Shown here one piece after another: positions 19,405 to 63,551 of a stretch of DNA of 64,000 nt. The stretch lies in assembly GCF_009914755.1 (NCBI RefSeq), contig NC_060926.1. One strand, given 5' to 3'. This stretch comes from the human T2T-CHM13v2.0 reference genome, Homo sapiens. A program made the translations under genes and the position numbers. Each line of letters opens with the position of its first letter. Positions within the stretch are counted from its first letter, which is position 1. Under the pieces are notes generated by a model that was not told the DNA's origin, searched no databases, and was given only the letters and a program-made list of their open reading frames with translations.

Positions 19405-20435
19405 TCATTTGTTTTTTAACAGCTTTGTCGAGATATAATTCATATACCTTACAACTCATCCATTTAAAGTGTACAATTCAGTGGCTTATAGTATATTCAC
19501 AGTGTTGTGCATCCATCACCATGATCAATTTTAGAACACTGCCTCAGCAAAATGGCCCACTCCTATAATCCCAACATTTTGGGAGGCTGAAGTTGGGGGA
19601 TTGCTTTAGCCCAGGAGTTCAAGACCAGCCTGGGCAATGTGGCAAAACCCCATCTCTATAAAAAATACAAAAAAATTAGCCGGTCATAATGGCACATGCC
19701 TGTAAGTCCCAGCCACTTGGGAGCCTGAGGTGGGAGGATCATTTCAGCCTGTGGAGGCTGAGGCTGAAGTGAGCTGTGATTGTGCCACTGCACTCCAGCC
19801 TGGATGACAGAGTGAGACCCTGTCTCAAAAAAAAAATTTTTTTTAGAACATTTTTTGTTAGCCCCCAAAGAAAACCTGTCCTCCTTAGCTGTCGCCTTGA
19901 TCTACTGTCTATCTTTATGGACCTGCCTATTCTGGACATTTCATATAAATGGAATAATAATATGTGGTCCTTTTTGATTGGCTTCTATCACTTAGCATAA
20001 TGTTTTCAGGGTTCATCCAAATTTTAGTATGTATCGGTACTTCGTTCATTTTTATTGCCAAATAATATTCCATTGTATGGATATACCAATTTATTCACTT
20101 ATCAACTGATAAACCTTTGGGTGGTTTCCACTTTTTGTCTATTATGAATATTGCTGCTATGAACATTAGTGTGCTTGTGTCCACACGAATTTTTGTGTGG
20201 CCATATGTTTTCATTTCTCTAGGAGTGCAATTGCTAGATCATATGGTACATCTATGTTTAAGCATTTGAGGAACTGCCGGACAGTGTTCTAAAACAGCAG
20301 CTACATTTTGTATCACAAAGAGCAGTGTATAAAGGTTCCAATTTCTTCACATCCTTGTCAACACTTGTTATTTCTGTCTTTTTAAAATTACAGCCATCTT
20401 AATGGGTGACATGCATCTCATTGTGGTTTTGCGTT
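19405..20435 (-). mobile_element. Old L1 (L1M) 3' fragment with inserted Alu; similar fragments at about 5925-6860, 17620-18420, 32660-32900, 43040-43640, 60570-60890 and 62290-63000
   Basis: L1 3'UTR/ORF2-end hallmarks (GAGATATAATTCATATAC, ATTATGAATATTGCTGCTATGAACATT, CTCATTGTGGTTTTG). Confidence 0.7.
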
Positions 20436-20548
20436 CATTTATTCTTGTGTTTCTTCACTCCTCTAAAAAATAAGTGAGGTCGGGCGCAGTGGCTCACGCC
20501 TGTAATCCCAGCACTTTGGGAGGCTGAGGCAGGTGGATCACGAGGTCA

Positions 20549-21430
<882 letters not shown>

Positions 21431-22104
21431 CAACAAATTAAGAATGAATTGGCTGCCAGCGCGGTGGCTCACGCCTGTAATCCCAGCACTGTGGGAGGCC
21501 GAGGTGGGTGGATCATGAGGTCAGGAGTTCAAGGCCAGCCTGGCCAAGATAGTGAAACTCTGTCTGTCCTAAAAATACAAAAAATTAGCCGAGCTCAGTG
21601 GCAGGCGCTTGTAATCCCAGCTAGTCGGGAGGCTGAGGCATGAGAATCACTTGAACTCAGTTGCAGTGAGCCGAGATCGCGCCACCGCACTCCAGCCTGG
21701 GCAACAGAGTGAGACTGTCTCAAAAAAAATAAAAGAATGAATTGGCCAATGGTATGGCCTACAAGTCCTTATGTATTGACTCAACAATATGCTTAAATAA
21801 ATCCTGGAAGCTTTCAATTCGGTTTTTCTGAGTTATTGCCCTTTCATCTAAGTGTGCACAACATCAGGTTCCTGGCTGTAAATACAATGTTAATCAAATG
21901 GGGTTTATTTACCTTCAAACTACAGTTTGTTACATTATATTCTTCTTTCACTAGTATTAATTCAAAATTAAAGACATCTCCTTTCATTCACGTCGTGTCT
22001 CTTCCACCCACTCAGGATTCTGTCCATTTTTCTAGTACTTAGAAATATCATCATTTAGTTAAAACAAATAACATGAAATTTAAAACAATAAAATATGTGT
22101 CACC

Positions 22105-23072
22105 TGAAGGGGTGGGTTGCCCCTCCACACCTGTGGGTGTTTCTCGTTAGGTGGAACGAGAGACTTGGAAAAGAAAAAGACACAGAGACAAAGTATAGAG
22201 AAAGAAATAAGGGAGCCCAGGGGACCAGCGTTCAGCATACGGAGGATCCTGCCAGCCTCTGAGTTCCCTTAGTATTTATTGATCATTCTTAGGTGTTTCT
22301 CAGAGACGGGGATGTGGCAGGGTCATAGGATAATAGTGGAGAGAAGGTCAGCAGATAAACACGTGAACAAAGGTCTCTGCATCATAGACAAGGTAAAGAA
22401 TTAAGTGCTGTGCTTTAGATATGCATACACATAAATATCTCAATGCCTTACAGAGCAGTATTGTTGCCCGCATGGCCCACCTCCAGCCCTAAGGCAGTTT
22501 TCCCCTATCTCAGTAGATGGAACATACAATCGGGTTTTATACCAAGACATTCCATTGCCCAGGGATGGGCAGGAGACAGATGCCTTCCTCTTGTCTCAAC
22601 TGCAAAGAGGCATGCCTTCCTCTTATACTAATCCTCCTCAGCACAGACCCTTTACGGGTGTCGGGTTGGAGGACGGTCAGGTCTTTCCCTTCCTACGAGG
22701 CCATATTTCAGACTATCACATGGGGAGAAACCTTGGACAACACCTGGCTTTCCTAGGCAGAGGTACCTGCGGCCTTCCGCAGTGTTTGTGTCCCTGGGTA
22801 CTTGAGATTAGGGAGTGGTGATGACTCTTAAGGAGCATGCCGCCTTCCAGCATCTGTTTAACAAAGCACATCTAGCACAGCCCTTAATCCATTTAACCGT
22901 GAGTTGACACAGCACATGTTTCAGAGAGTTCGGGTTTGGGGCTAAGGTTATAGATTAACAGCATCTCAAGGCAGAAGAATTTGTCTTAGTACAGAACAAA
23001 ATGGAGTCTCCTATGTCTACTTCTTCCTACACAGACACAGTAACAATCTGATCTCTCTTTCTTTTCCCCACA
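22105..23072 (-). mobile_element. HERV-K(HML-2) solo LTR, LTR5 (LTR5_Hs length class, older variant)
   Basis: 968 bp; minus strand TGTGGGGAAAAGAAAGAGAGATCAGATTG...GGGGCAACCCACCCCTTCA; 6-bp TSD gtcacc/atcacc with one mismatch. Confidence 0.95.
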
Positions 23073-23209
23073 ATCACCCATCAAATTGGCATGTTTTAAA
23101 AAATGGTTATATTCGGGCTGGGTGCAGTGGCTCACGCCGGTAATCTCAGCATTTTGGGAGGCCAAGGCAGGCAGACCACAAGGTCAGGAGATCGAGACCA
23201 TCCTGACTA

Positions 23210-23463
<254 letters not shown>

Positions 23464-24309
23464 TTAGATAGCTGAGTTGGGAGGACTGCCTGAGCCCAGG
23501 AGTGTGAGGTTACAAGGAGCTATTACTGCACCACTGCACTCCAGCCTGGGTAACGGAGCGACCTTGTCTCTAAAACAAACAAAACCACTACATTTACTCA
23601 TCCTTTAAGTACCAACATGTTACCTCCTGTGAGAAAATTTTCCAGAAATACCATTTAACACACTAATAGACATGTCTCTCGATTGCTCTATTGCTGATCA
23701 ATTGTGTATTTCTCCAAGTTGGCCTCCTAATATACCCCAACCCCTCTTTCTTCAAGTTGGAAGCCACATTTATGTAGCTTGAATATTAAAGTTACGTATG
23801 TAAACATTTAAAAGCAGGTGAGTTTGTTAACTTCGGCAAGCTTATCAGTAGACAGGGCCTTCCAGTGAAAAGAGCACTTGACTAGAAATTAGGAGATTTA
23901 GGTACTGTCCTAAATCTGTTTCTACCTTACTTTCTCTGGCCTCAGTTTCCTCCCTCATAAAGGAATGTATCTACAGCCCTAGTCTCTGGGTGGCGATTTA
24001 CGGCTTCTCTGCCTTTTATTTTCATTCTCCGATCCATCCCTCTTCATCTTACAGGTGAGGAAACTGCCATCCAGACATTACATATAACTTAGTCAAGATC
24101 CTACACTATTAATTAATGGCTAATGGCAAGGGAATCTTGAGATCCTGTACGGCGGCTGACCCATAAAATCTACCTAGTTCTAAAATTCTTTAACCCACCC
24201 ACTTAACAAAAACGGAGGTAATAGGTAAACAAAACGCCAGGAAAGATCGCACTTAAAGGAACAAAAGCACCCAAGGAGGAAAAAGAGGCCTGAGATTTCC
24301 ACGAATTAC

Positions 24310-24419
24310 AAGTGAACTTCCTGTCCTGGGTAAACTTCCGGAATCAACAACAGGAAGACCCAATCAGAATCTTCCTCCGGGAGCCAATGGGAGAGCACAT
24401 TACAAAGAGCCAATCCCAG

Positions 24420-24430
<11 letters not shown>
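24310..24430 (+). promoter_or_regulatory. YIPF4 TATA-less core promoter: ETS sites and three CCAAT boxes
   Basis: ACTTCCTG 24316-24323, ACTTCCGG 24334-24341, CCAAT at 24360, 24384 and 24410, immediately before the CpG-rich 5'UTR. Confidence 0.75.
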
Positions 24431-52156
<27,726 letters not shown>

Positions 52157-53080
52157 TCCAAGTTATACATGAATAGAAAAAGATGGTGTTAAATTTGTGT
52201 GTAGGCTGGGAATTCTTGCTGAAGGAATTGGAGAAAACCTGTTGCTGCAAAATTTTACATGTTCCAGATGGAAAGGGAAGTCTAAGCGCTTTTTAAAACA
52301 ATTTTTTTTTGTATTTAATTAAGCAATTGCAGTTATCTGGGATTTTTGGGTCAGAATTTTAAATTCTGTTTGATTCTCCATATTCCAGTGAATAAAATAC
52401 AAAAGCATTGTGTTTTTAAGATTGTGTCGATATTCACCTAAAAACTTGTGCCAAAAGCACCTGGATTGGTAATTATATTTCACTTAAAGGGTAAATTTGA
52501 CAATATCTTGATAATCAAAAGTGCAATTTTTTTCTTCAAAATGTTTTCTCCAGCATCACAGATCCTGCAGATATATATTTATATTTATACATATATATTT
52601 ATGAAATAATTCTTACTCACAAAATATATTTCTGATAAACATTAAGATATTAAATCTGATGCACAAACTTTTTAATTTGGCCATTAATCTTTTTTATTTA
52701 AAAATTTAAATTTGTTTTTAAAATTGTATATAGTTTTTAAAATCTCACACATGCTTCGATACTTCCTTGTTAAGAATTCTTAATAACTACTAAAACTGAT
52801 TTTTAATAGTTGCTGATATATATTTGGTTTGTTTGGGTATACTTTTCAAAACCATTTTTGAATGTCCAAACATCTGATTTAAAGTTTCTGTTTATCTTTC
52901 TGACCAAAGGAGCAAGAGGTATAATGGATATGGCATTCATTAAAATCTTTACTATGTACAAAAACAGTAATATTTACAGCATCAGTAAATATTTTTAAGT
53001 GGTACTTCTAAATCATAAAAGTTGGGGAAAGAGACCTTTAAAATCTTGTGGTGTTGAACAATGTTATATGAAGTAGAAAA

Positions 53081-53115
53081 AATAAAATACTTCCCAGTTG
53101 TGTGTTTTGTTTTAC
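53081..53115 (+). terminator. YIPF4 poly(A) signal with downstream GU/U-rich element
   Basis: AATAAA 53081-53086 followed by ttgtgtgttttgtttt; further AATAAA at 52391 and 53869. Confidence 0.65.
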
Positions 53116-54635
53116 AGCACCATGTCCTGTATTACTTGATATTTTAACAAGTATCAGGTACTCTCTAACAAATGTACAGTTTTTGCTAAGGGAAATATTA
53201 AGAAATTTTTATCAGTGAAATATTTGTTGCAAATAATTTCATAGGTTTTTAGATACACCTGTAGTTAATATTACTTTGTAAAGTAGGTAAATCATTTTAT
53301 TTATGTCCATAAAATATCAAATGTCTGTTAACTATTAGCAAATTATTGTATTATCCTTTCTGGTCTCACCTGGAAGAGTTTCCTGCTGTCCTCAGTATGA
53401 TAACATGGCGACCTCTTGGTATGTATTTCTTTAGCAAACTTACCCATCAGGAAATATCCAGCACCTCTGAAGCAAACCTACAAATGAGTGTGTTATCAAG
53501 CCCAGCCGTCTTCCTTTCCCCTAATCCCAAAAGGAAAGAAAGAAAAACTTATTTTAAGCTGCAGAAAAAGTGTGGAGCACTTTTGAGCTAGAATAATGTA
53601 GAAAATTACATGTACTGATTTTTTTAAAAACAGGTGAGAAGCACCAGAGGGACAGGACTTCTAGAAGTTAGAATAATATGAAGTAATCAGGAAATATCTA
53701 TGCCTACAGAAGCAGCAACCGTAAGATAAACATTTGTTACACTTAAGAAATTGCTGAGGTTAATACTTTGTTATAATGGATTATAATATTTGACATTCAT
53801 AGTGTTGACCCTGGAATCTTTCACAGAAAGCTTGGGGGTCAGGACCAGGAGGTAGAATTTTACAAGGCAATAAATGAAGGTATTTTAAGATCACCTCTAT
53901 TAAAAAATGGTTTAATTTTTAAAAACTATCATTGCTTTAAGGTATGAATTTTAAAAATCACTTATATGGATCATGTTTACTCCTAATGATATAAGATAAA
54001 ATGAGGTATTTTTGTTCCAAAAAGTATTTTAAAATAGCATTTAATCTTGGGAACTATCTTACTTAGGGTTTCTATAAATACAAATTACAATGTTTCGAAC
54101 TCAACCAGTATCATTTTCGTGTGCTAATGAGCAAAGTAGTTAGAACAGATTGTCAGTTTAAAAACAGGATTTGTAGGCCAGGCACAGTGGCTCACGCCTG
54201 TAATCCCAGCACTTTGGGAGGCCAAAGTGGATGAGCAGCTTGAGTCAGGAGTTTGAGACCAGCCTGGCCAACATGGCGAAACCCCGTCTCTACTAAAAAT
54301 ACAAAAATTAGCCGGGCGTGGTGGCAGGCGCCTGTATAATCCCAGCTACTCAGGAGGCTGAGGCAGGGAGAATCGCTTGAACCCTTGGAGGTGGAGGTTG
54401 CAGTGAGCCAAGATTGTGCCATTGCACTCCAGCCTGGGTAACAGAGCAAGACTCTCTCAAAAAAAAAAAAAAAAAAAAAAAAACCATGATTTGTAGATGT
54501 GTGCAAGACACAGTACTGCTATGGCTAATAATGGTAAGATGACCCTAATAATGTCCTCTCCTTGAATTTTTATATAATAATATTTTCTGAGTCATAACTA
54601 ATTTTTTAAATAATGATTTCCAATCTAATTATTAA

Positions 54636-54843
<208 letters not shown>

Positions 54844-55081
54844 TAACCAGGATGGTCTCGATCTCCTGACCTCGTGATCCGCCCGCCTCAGCCTCCCAAA
54901 GTGCCGGGATTACAGGCGTCAGCCACCGCACCAGGCCAGTTCATTAGAATTTTTAAAACAGGCTGGGCATGGTGGCTTACGCCTGTAATCCCAGCAGTTT
55001 GGGAGGCCGAGGCAGGTGGATCACCTGAGGTTGGGAGTTTGAGACCAGCCTGACCAATGTGGAGAAACCCCATCTCTACTA

Positions 55082-55240
<159 letters not shown>

Positions 55241-55369
55241 TCAAGAAAAACACAAAATACAAAACAAAACAAAACAAAAAAACAGAACTGGGCCGGGCGC
55301 GGTGGCTCACGCCTGTAATCCCAGCACTTTGGGAGGCCGAGGCGGGTGGATCACGAGATCAGGAGATCA

Positions 55370-55579
<210 letters not shown>

Positions 55580-55733
55580 TCAAAATCTATATAATTAAGC
55601 ATTGTTTTTTAAAAAGTAGTTTAGGAAGATTTGTAAAGCTTATGAACCATTGTAAAACCTTATTTCTAAGGTCTGTAAGACAGTTTTATATGTAATAATG
55701 TGTCCATTTCCAGGAATTCCCCAAATACTCATA

Positions 55734-55960
55734 CAGCCATTGAGCACCCCAATCCAAAATTCAGAATGCTTCAGATAAGAACATTTTTGAGTGCCGATGT
55801 GACACTTTAAAGGAAATGTTCATTGGAGCATTTTGCATTTCAGATTTTTGGATTAGGAAAACTCAACCACTGTATTTCTGCACATATTCCAAAATCTGAA
55901 AAAGTCTGAAACCTGAGAAACTCTGGTCCCAAGCATTTTGGAAAGGGTATACTCAATCTG
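55734..55960. mobile_element. Tigger4a/Zombi MITE
   Basis: TA-flanked; TGAGCACCCCAATCCAAAAT ... CTGGTCCCAAGCATTTTGG...ATACTCAATCTG. Confidence 0.7.
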
Positions 55961-56384
55961 TATTAACATAGACTTCTAAATTAGTGAAAATTTGCATTGA
56001 ATTAAAATGTGAAGTAAATATTTTTGTTTAAATATTGTTTAAAATTTAGTCATTTAAAAATTTTGTGATGTAACAAAATGTTGAATGAAATAATGCTTCT
56101 ACAACTTAAAATTATTTTTCATAGTGAACAAAACTAGTTGAATACTTCTAAATATTCATTTTTGTTAGTGCACATTTTATCCAGTTTTAGGCTTTAGGGA
56201 ATTGTGACCCTTTTTTTTTTTTTTTTTTTTTTTTTGGAGACGGAGTCTTGCTCTCTCGCCCAGGCTGGAGTGTGTGGCGCAATCTCAGCTCACTGCAACC
56301 TCTGATTCCTGGGTTCAAGCAATTCTCATGTCTCAGCCTCCCTAATAGCTAGGATTACCGGTGCCCGCCACCACGCCCAGCTAA

Positions 56385-56528
<144 letters not shown>

Positions 56529-56741
56529 TAAAATAATATCTTACTTTCATATGATTCTTTCAGACTGTGGTATGGCATTCTGAAGCAAGTCTTAACAGAG
56601 CTAAAAATCACCCTTACCCAATTCTCTGCACTGACATATGTACACAAAGTAATATTTTATTATTCTCCTTCATAAATGGTTTCTTTAATTGAACCTTTGA
56701 GCCTTATACTATTTTTAAATTTCCCTTTAAAAATTGAATTA

Positions 56742-56879
<138 letters not shown>

Positions 56880-56929
56880 TTAATTTAGAAAATACCCTGA
56901 ATTAGAAGTGCTTCATTCCTCATTTGTGT

Positions 56930-57481
56930 ACAGCTGTTCCTCTATATACGAAGGGGATTGGTACCAGAACCACTGCATACCAAATTCCACCCATACTCAA
57001 GTCTCACAGTCTTCCCTGCAGAATCCAAGTATACAAAAAGTAGGCCTATCATTTATATGGGTTTTGCATCCTGACAGTACTGTATTTTCAATCCTAGTTT
57101 GTTTGGGAAAAAAAAATTGTTTGTATGCCTGGGTACAGTATCATACCTGTAATCCCAGCACTTTGGAAGGCTGAGGCGGGAGGACTGTTTTGTGGCCAGG
57201 AGTTCAAAATCAGCCTGGTCGACGTAGTGAGACCCCATCTCTACAAAAGAAAAATTAGCTGGGCATGTGGCACCTGCCTGTGGTCCCAGCTACTCAGGAG
57301 GCTGTGAGGCAGGAGAATTGCTTGAGCCTGGGAGGTTGAGGCTGCAGTGAGCCGCGATCACACCACTGCATGCCAGCCTGGGCGACAGAGTGAGACCCTG
57401 TCTCAGAAAAGAAAAAAAAAGTAAAAATTGCATGTAAGTTGACCCGCACTATTCAAATTTGTGGTGTTCAAGGTTCAACTG
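56930..57481. mobile_element. MER8 (Tigger-type MITE) with inserted Alu (57126-57420)
   Basis: GGGGATTGGTACCAG..., TACTGTATTTTCAATCC, terminal GTGTTCAAGGTTCAACTG; TA flanks. Confidence 0.65.
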
Positions 57482-57602
57482 TAATTTCCTAGCAGCATTT
57501 TGTGTGTTTGAGAATCTCTTGACACTCTTCAAGTAAATCCCTAAATTACAACTTTGACATCAAAAAAGCTAGACATTCCTACATTTTTGCACTACAATAC
57601 AT

Positions 57603-57701
57603 AAAAACTCCCATGCTGATCGGTTGTGGGATCGTGCCTGTGAATAACCACTGCACTCCAGCCTGGGCAACATAGTAAGTAAGACCTTGTCTCTTAAAAA
57701 A
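57603..57701 (+). pseudogene. 5'-truncated 7SL (RN7SL) retrocopy
   Basis: AAAACTCCCaTGCTGATCgGTtGTGGGATCGtGCCTGTGAATAaCCACTGCAC includes 7SL S-domain sequence absent from Alu; A tail; TSD AATACAT at 57596-57602 and 57702-57708. Confidence 0.85.
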
Positions 57702-58829
57702 AATACATTCTGAAGAAAGTTCTACTTATGAATACATTTTATTTATAACAAACTGGTGAAAATTTTAGACCAAACCATGTCTTTCTGGGTTGTAGTGATT
57801 AAAAAATGGTTAAGAGAATGTTCCCTATACAAGGCATATGTTATTAAACATGAAATTTAGGATTAGTTTTCTCTTTGAAAATTCTTTTGATATGCTGAGG
57901 TTACAGTTTGGAGGTTACATTAGAGAAAGAATATAGGGAAGATGGCAGTGGTAAAACATTTCCCTGCTTTACATTTTTATATTGGCAGTATCTTGGTTTC
58001 AACTTTTCTATTTTCAGCAAGATATTTGCAAGTTTTTACTTTGAAGATGTTTGGTTTATAGTAGTCCATGCTATACTAATGCTGTTGCTGAGATAATTAA
58101 GTTAGATACTAATATGAAAAAGAATATTTGTGTAAAATATTTTGAAGTTGTAATTAGTGTATATACAAGTTGTTAATACTTACGAAAAAAGGAAGCATTC
58201 CCACCTGTAATAATTTTGTTAACACTAGACTATCAGTAAATTATCAAGAATAAAAACCTTGGTTTTTCTGTAATATTTGCCACTGAGCAATTTTTATTAA
58301 AAACCAAACAGAAGTATTTACACAAGAACAAGTGAAATTACACAAAATGATAATGGGGAGAAATTTCTCATCTGGTGATAAAGGGAAAAAGATAATGTAA
58401 AAGCAGATTGCTGCTATTTGCATAATAAGCACTTGTTGAAGAATAAATGATTAAGTTCAATATTTTTGCTCTATTTTATACCTACTCACTTTGGTGGAAT
58501 TAGTTCTCCATGTAAAGTATCTTTTTAATAGTAAGCACCATTTAATAATGAAACAACTCATATGTTTTGTAATCCTTATGGAGAATTACTTCATGTGATA
58601 ATTATAGTCTCTTCATGGAAAACAGTAAAAATACTCACGTTTATGATGATGGGCCTAGGTACTAAATTCCTCATTCAATCTTTTTTTACCAAATGGTACT
58701 TAATAAAATCTTTTACCTTATAAAAATCTATTTTCGGCCAGGCGCGGTGGCTCACGCCTGTAATCCCAGCACTTTGGGAGGCCGAGGTGGGCGGACCACG
58801 AGGTCAGGAGATCGAGACCATCCTGGCTA

Positions 58830-59075
<246 letters not shown>

Positions 59076-59310
59076 CTAGTGGTGGCCTGAATAATAAAAC
59101 ATTGAGAAGAAACAGCCTTTGAATTTGGCACCCTGAATGTGAAGGGACAATAGATATTAATCACATATTTATTAACCCCTTCCTGTATGAACCTAGTACT
59201 GTGCTGAGTGTAGGGATACAGTGATAATGCAAAAAAGACCCCCAATAGGCCGGGCGCGGTGGCTCACGCCTGCAATCCCAGCACTTTGGGAGACCGAGGC
59301 GGGTGGATCA

Positions 59311-59628
<318 letters not shown>

Positions 59629-59842
59629 TCAAGAAATGAGAAAAAGAGGCCTGTGGTGGTAAGCAAGTATATAAAAGAAGCCTTCCTTGAAGCAACGATG
59701 CTTAAGCTGAAATCTTAGGGAAAAATAAAAGTTAACTAGGCAAAGAAGGTAGGGAAGACTCTTTCAGATAGAATCGCAGTTTGTGAGTTTGCTTGGGGAA
59801 AAAAATTTAAAAATATAAAAAGAAAACCAGTTTGAAGTTTAG

Positions 59843-60121
<279 letters not shown>

Positions 60122-60217
60122 TGAACTCCCAACCTCCGGTGATCTGCCCACCTCAACCTCCCAAAGTGCTGGGATTACAGGCGTGAGACACTGTGCCCAG
60201 CCTGTCAGAGCTTTTGA

Positions 60218-60543
<326 letters not shown>

Positions 60544-61049
60544 TAATACTAAAGGCCAAGATATGCAATTATACTCTTGACATATATTCAACCGAAATGC
60601 ATGTACATGTACCATAAGAGACATATGTACAAGAATGTGCACAGTTAACATTATTCAAATAGCCAAAAACGGGAACATGTCCATCAACACAGAATAGACA
60701 AGTTGGTATAATTACACAATGGAATCTTATGCAGCAATGAAAATAAATGAACTAAAGCCGCATACAAAAACATGAAGAATTTCACAAGTATTATGTTGAG
60801 TGAAAAAGACAAAGAATTTGTACTGTATTACTTCATTTATATGAAGTTCAAACACAGGCAAAATTAAGCTATAGTGTTTAGGGATGCATACTGAAATGCA
60901 GTCTTTTAAAACAGCTTTAGAATTCCTTGGCCAGGTGCGGTGGCTTACGCCTGTAATCCCAGCTCTTTGGGAGGCAGAGGCTGGCAGATCACCTGAGGTT
61001 GGGAGTTTGAGACCAGCCTGACCAACATGGAGAAACCCCATCTCTACTA

Positions 61050-61208
<159 letters not shown>

Positions 61209-61469
61209 TCAAAAAAAAATAAAAAAATAAGGCTCCAAGCGCTGTTGTGAGGGTTAAATGAACTAGATAATTAATGTAATAAACAGAATAGTTTTGGCAT
61301 TCAACAAACATTGGCTGTTATTATATTAGCTATTAAAAATTTAAGTCATTTAGGTCAATGAAACAGGAGGGTTTCCAGAATTATACCCAATTAATTATAC
61401 ATGGGAAGGTGATGAAGGTAGCATGTCAAATTGGTATAAAAAGATGGAATATTAAATAAGTGGGGATAC

Positions 61470-61968
61470 TGTATCAGATAGGAACATATTTGGTTGCAAG
61501 AAACAAAAATTCCTGTGATTACTAGCTTCACTGTGAGTTTATTTTTTCACGTAATAAATCCAAGGTTACATAATCCATAACTGATATGGCAGTTTAACAG
61601 TGTTATTAAGAACTCAAGGTCCATTTATTGCTCTATTCTGCCATCTTTGGTGAGTGGCTTTCATCCTCATTGTCTCAGAAAAGTTATTTCACCTCTAAGT
61701 ATTACATCTACATTTCAAGCAGGAAGAAGATGAAGCTTAAGAGACCAAATGGAGCATGTCAGTCAAAGGTGTCCTTATTTAAAATCTCTGGAAGCCCCAC
61801 TCAGTGGCTTCCATCCATGTCTCATGGGACAGAACTGAATCACATAGCCATCCCTTGCTGTAAGAGAGTTGGGGAAAGTATTTTAAGCTGGGACATCCCA
61901 GCCCTGAGTGAAGTCAGGGATCTGTTAGGAAGAATGGATGCTAGGTAGGTAAATGGCAATGTCTGACA
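61470..61968. mobile_element. Old MLT1 (J/K-like) LTR
   Basis: TTTGGTTGCAAGAAAC..., ACAGAACTGAATCACATAGCCATCCCTTGCTG, GGATGCTAGGTAGG hallmarks. Confidence 0.55.
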
Positions 61969-62098
61969 AAGACATGGTAGGCCAGTCTGAAAAATGTAAA
62001 GCTGGGCTGCGCGCGGTGGCTCACGCCTGAAATCCCAGCACTTTGGGAGGCCGAGGCGGGCGGATCCTGAGGTCAGGAGATCGAGACCATCCTGGTTA

Positions 62099-62320
<222 letters not shown>

Positions 62321-62434
62321 TTATACCAAAGTACATTACCCTTGTATCAAATATTTTAAAAACTGGAATAAGCTTTTCATATAATCTTTGAGAAGATGGG
62401 GCTTTCAAAGCGTTAAATGAAACACAGAAGCCAT

Positions 62435-62594
62435 GGCCAGGCACGGTGGCTCATGCCTGTAATCCCAGCTCTCAGGGAGGCAAGAGGCAGGAGCATAGCT
62501 TGAGCCCAGGCGTTCAAGACCTGCCTGGGCAATATAGCGAGACCCCGTTCTCCCCAAAAAGGAAAAAAAAAAAAAAACCAAAAAAAAAAAAAAA
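62435..62594 (+). pseudogene. BC200 (BCYRN1) retrocopy lacking the unique 3' domain
   Basis: BC200-diagnostic sequences CCCAGCTCTCAGGGAGG, ATAGCTTGAG, GACCTGCCTGGGCAATATAGCGAGACCCCGTTCTCC and AAAAAGGAAAA; degenerate TSD around cacagaagc on both sides. Confidence 0.85.
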
Positions 62595-63110
62595 GTATAA
62601 AGCACAGAAGCGAAAGGAAAAGTGATGAAGACACTTGAAGACCTGTCATTTAAAATGATTCTACAGGAAAAAGATGAACTACAAATTGGGGAAAAATATT
62701 TGTAGGACTTATGTAGACAAAGGACTAATTTTCTTAATAAAAACATTTATCAGTAAATTTAAATGGGCAAAGGAAATACTTGGACAATCATATCATGTAT
62801 GTAATATTAATATTTATAAATCAATAAAATGGGCTAGGGATATAAATCAGCAATTCAAGGGGAGGGTAAAAAGACCAACTAATATATGTAAAGATGCACA
62901 AATTCATTCATGATTAAATGTGAATTAACAACGTTGGCCTCTCGGATTCCCAAAACTTTAAAAGATTAATAATATCCAGTATTGGTTGGGATTATAAGCA
63001 GATATGATATTTCACTGATAGAGACCAGCATGACTGTCTCAATTGTTAAACTATTGAAATGCATCTGTGTCAATGGTAAATAGTATTATTGTAAGTACAA
63101 CACTAAAATT

Positions 63111-63155
63111 AATAAATTGTGTAAATTCTAATATGGATTAATTTGTCTTTTGTGA
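63111..63155 (+). terminator. Candidate distal YIPF4 poly(A) signal (about 11-kb 3'UTR)
   Basis: AATAAA 63111-63116 with downstream tttgtcttttgtg; consistent with my recollection of a very long annotated YIPF4 3'UTR. Confidence 0.45.
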
Positions 63156-63312
63156 CAACTATTGATAACCTCTTTGTTGTAATGACACCTAAGAAACATT
63201 TGTAACATCTGCTAGCTTGGCCTGCATCTTGGTAAATAATGTAGCTGCATTATGTATTACCTATGAAGCATTCCTTGCTGTAACAGTTGCTACTGCTTTT
63301 AAATACTTTTAG

Positions 63313-63551
<239 letters not shown>

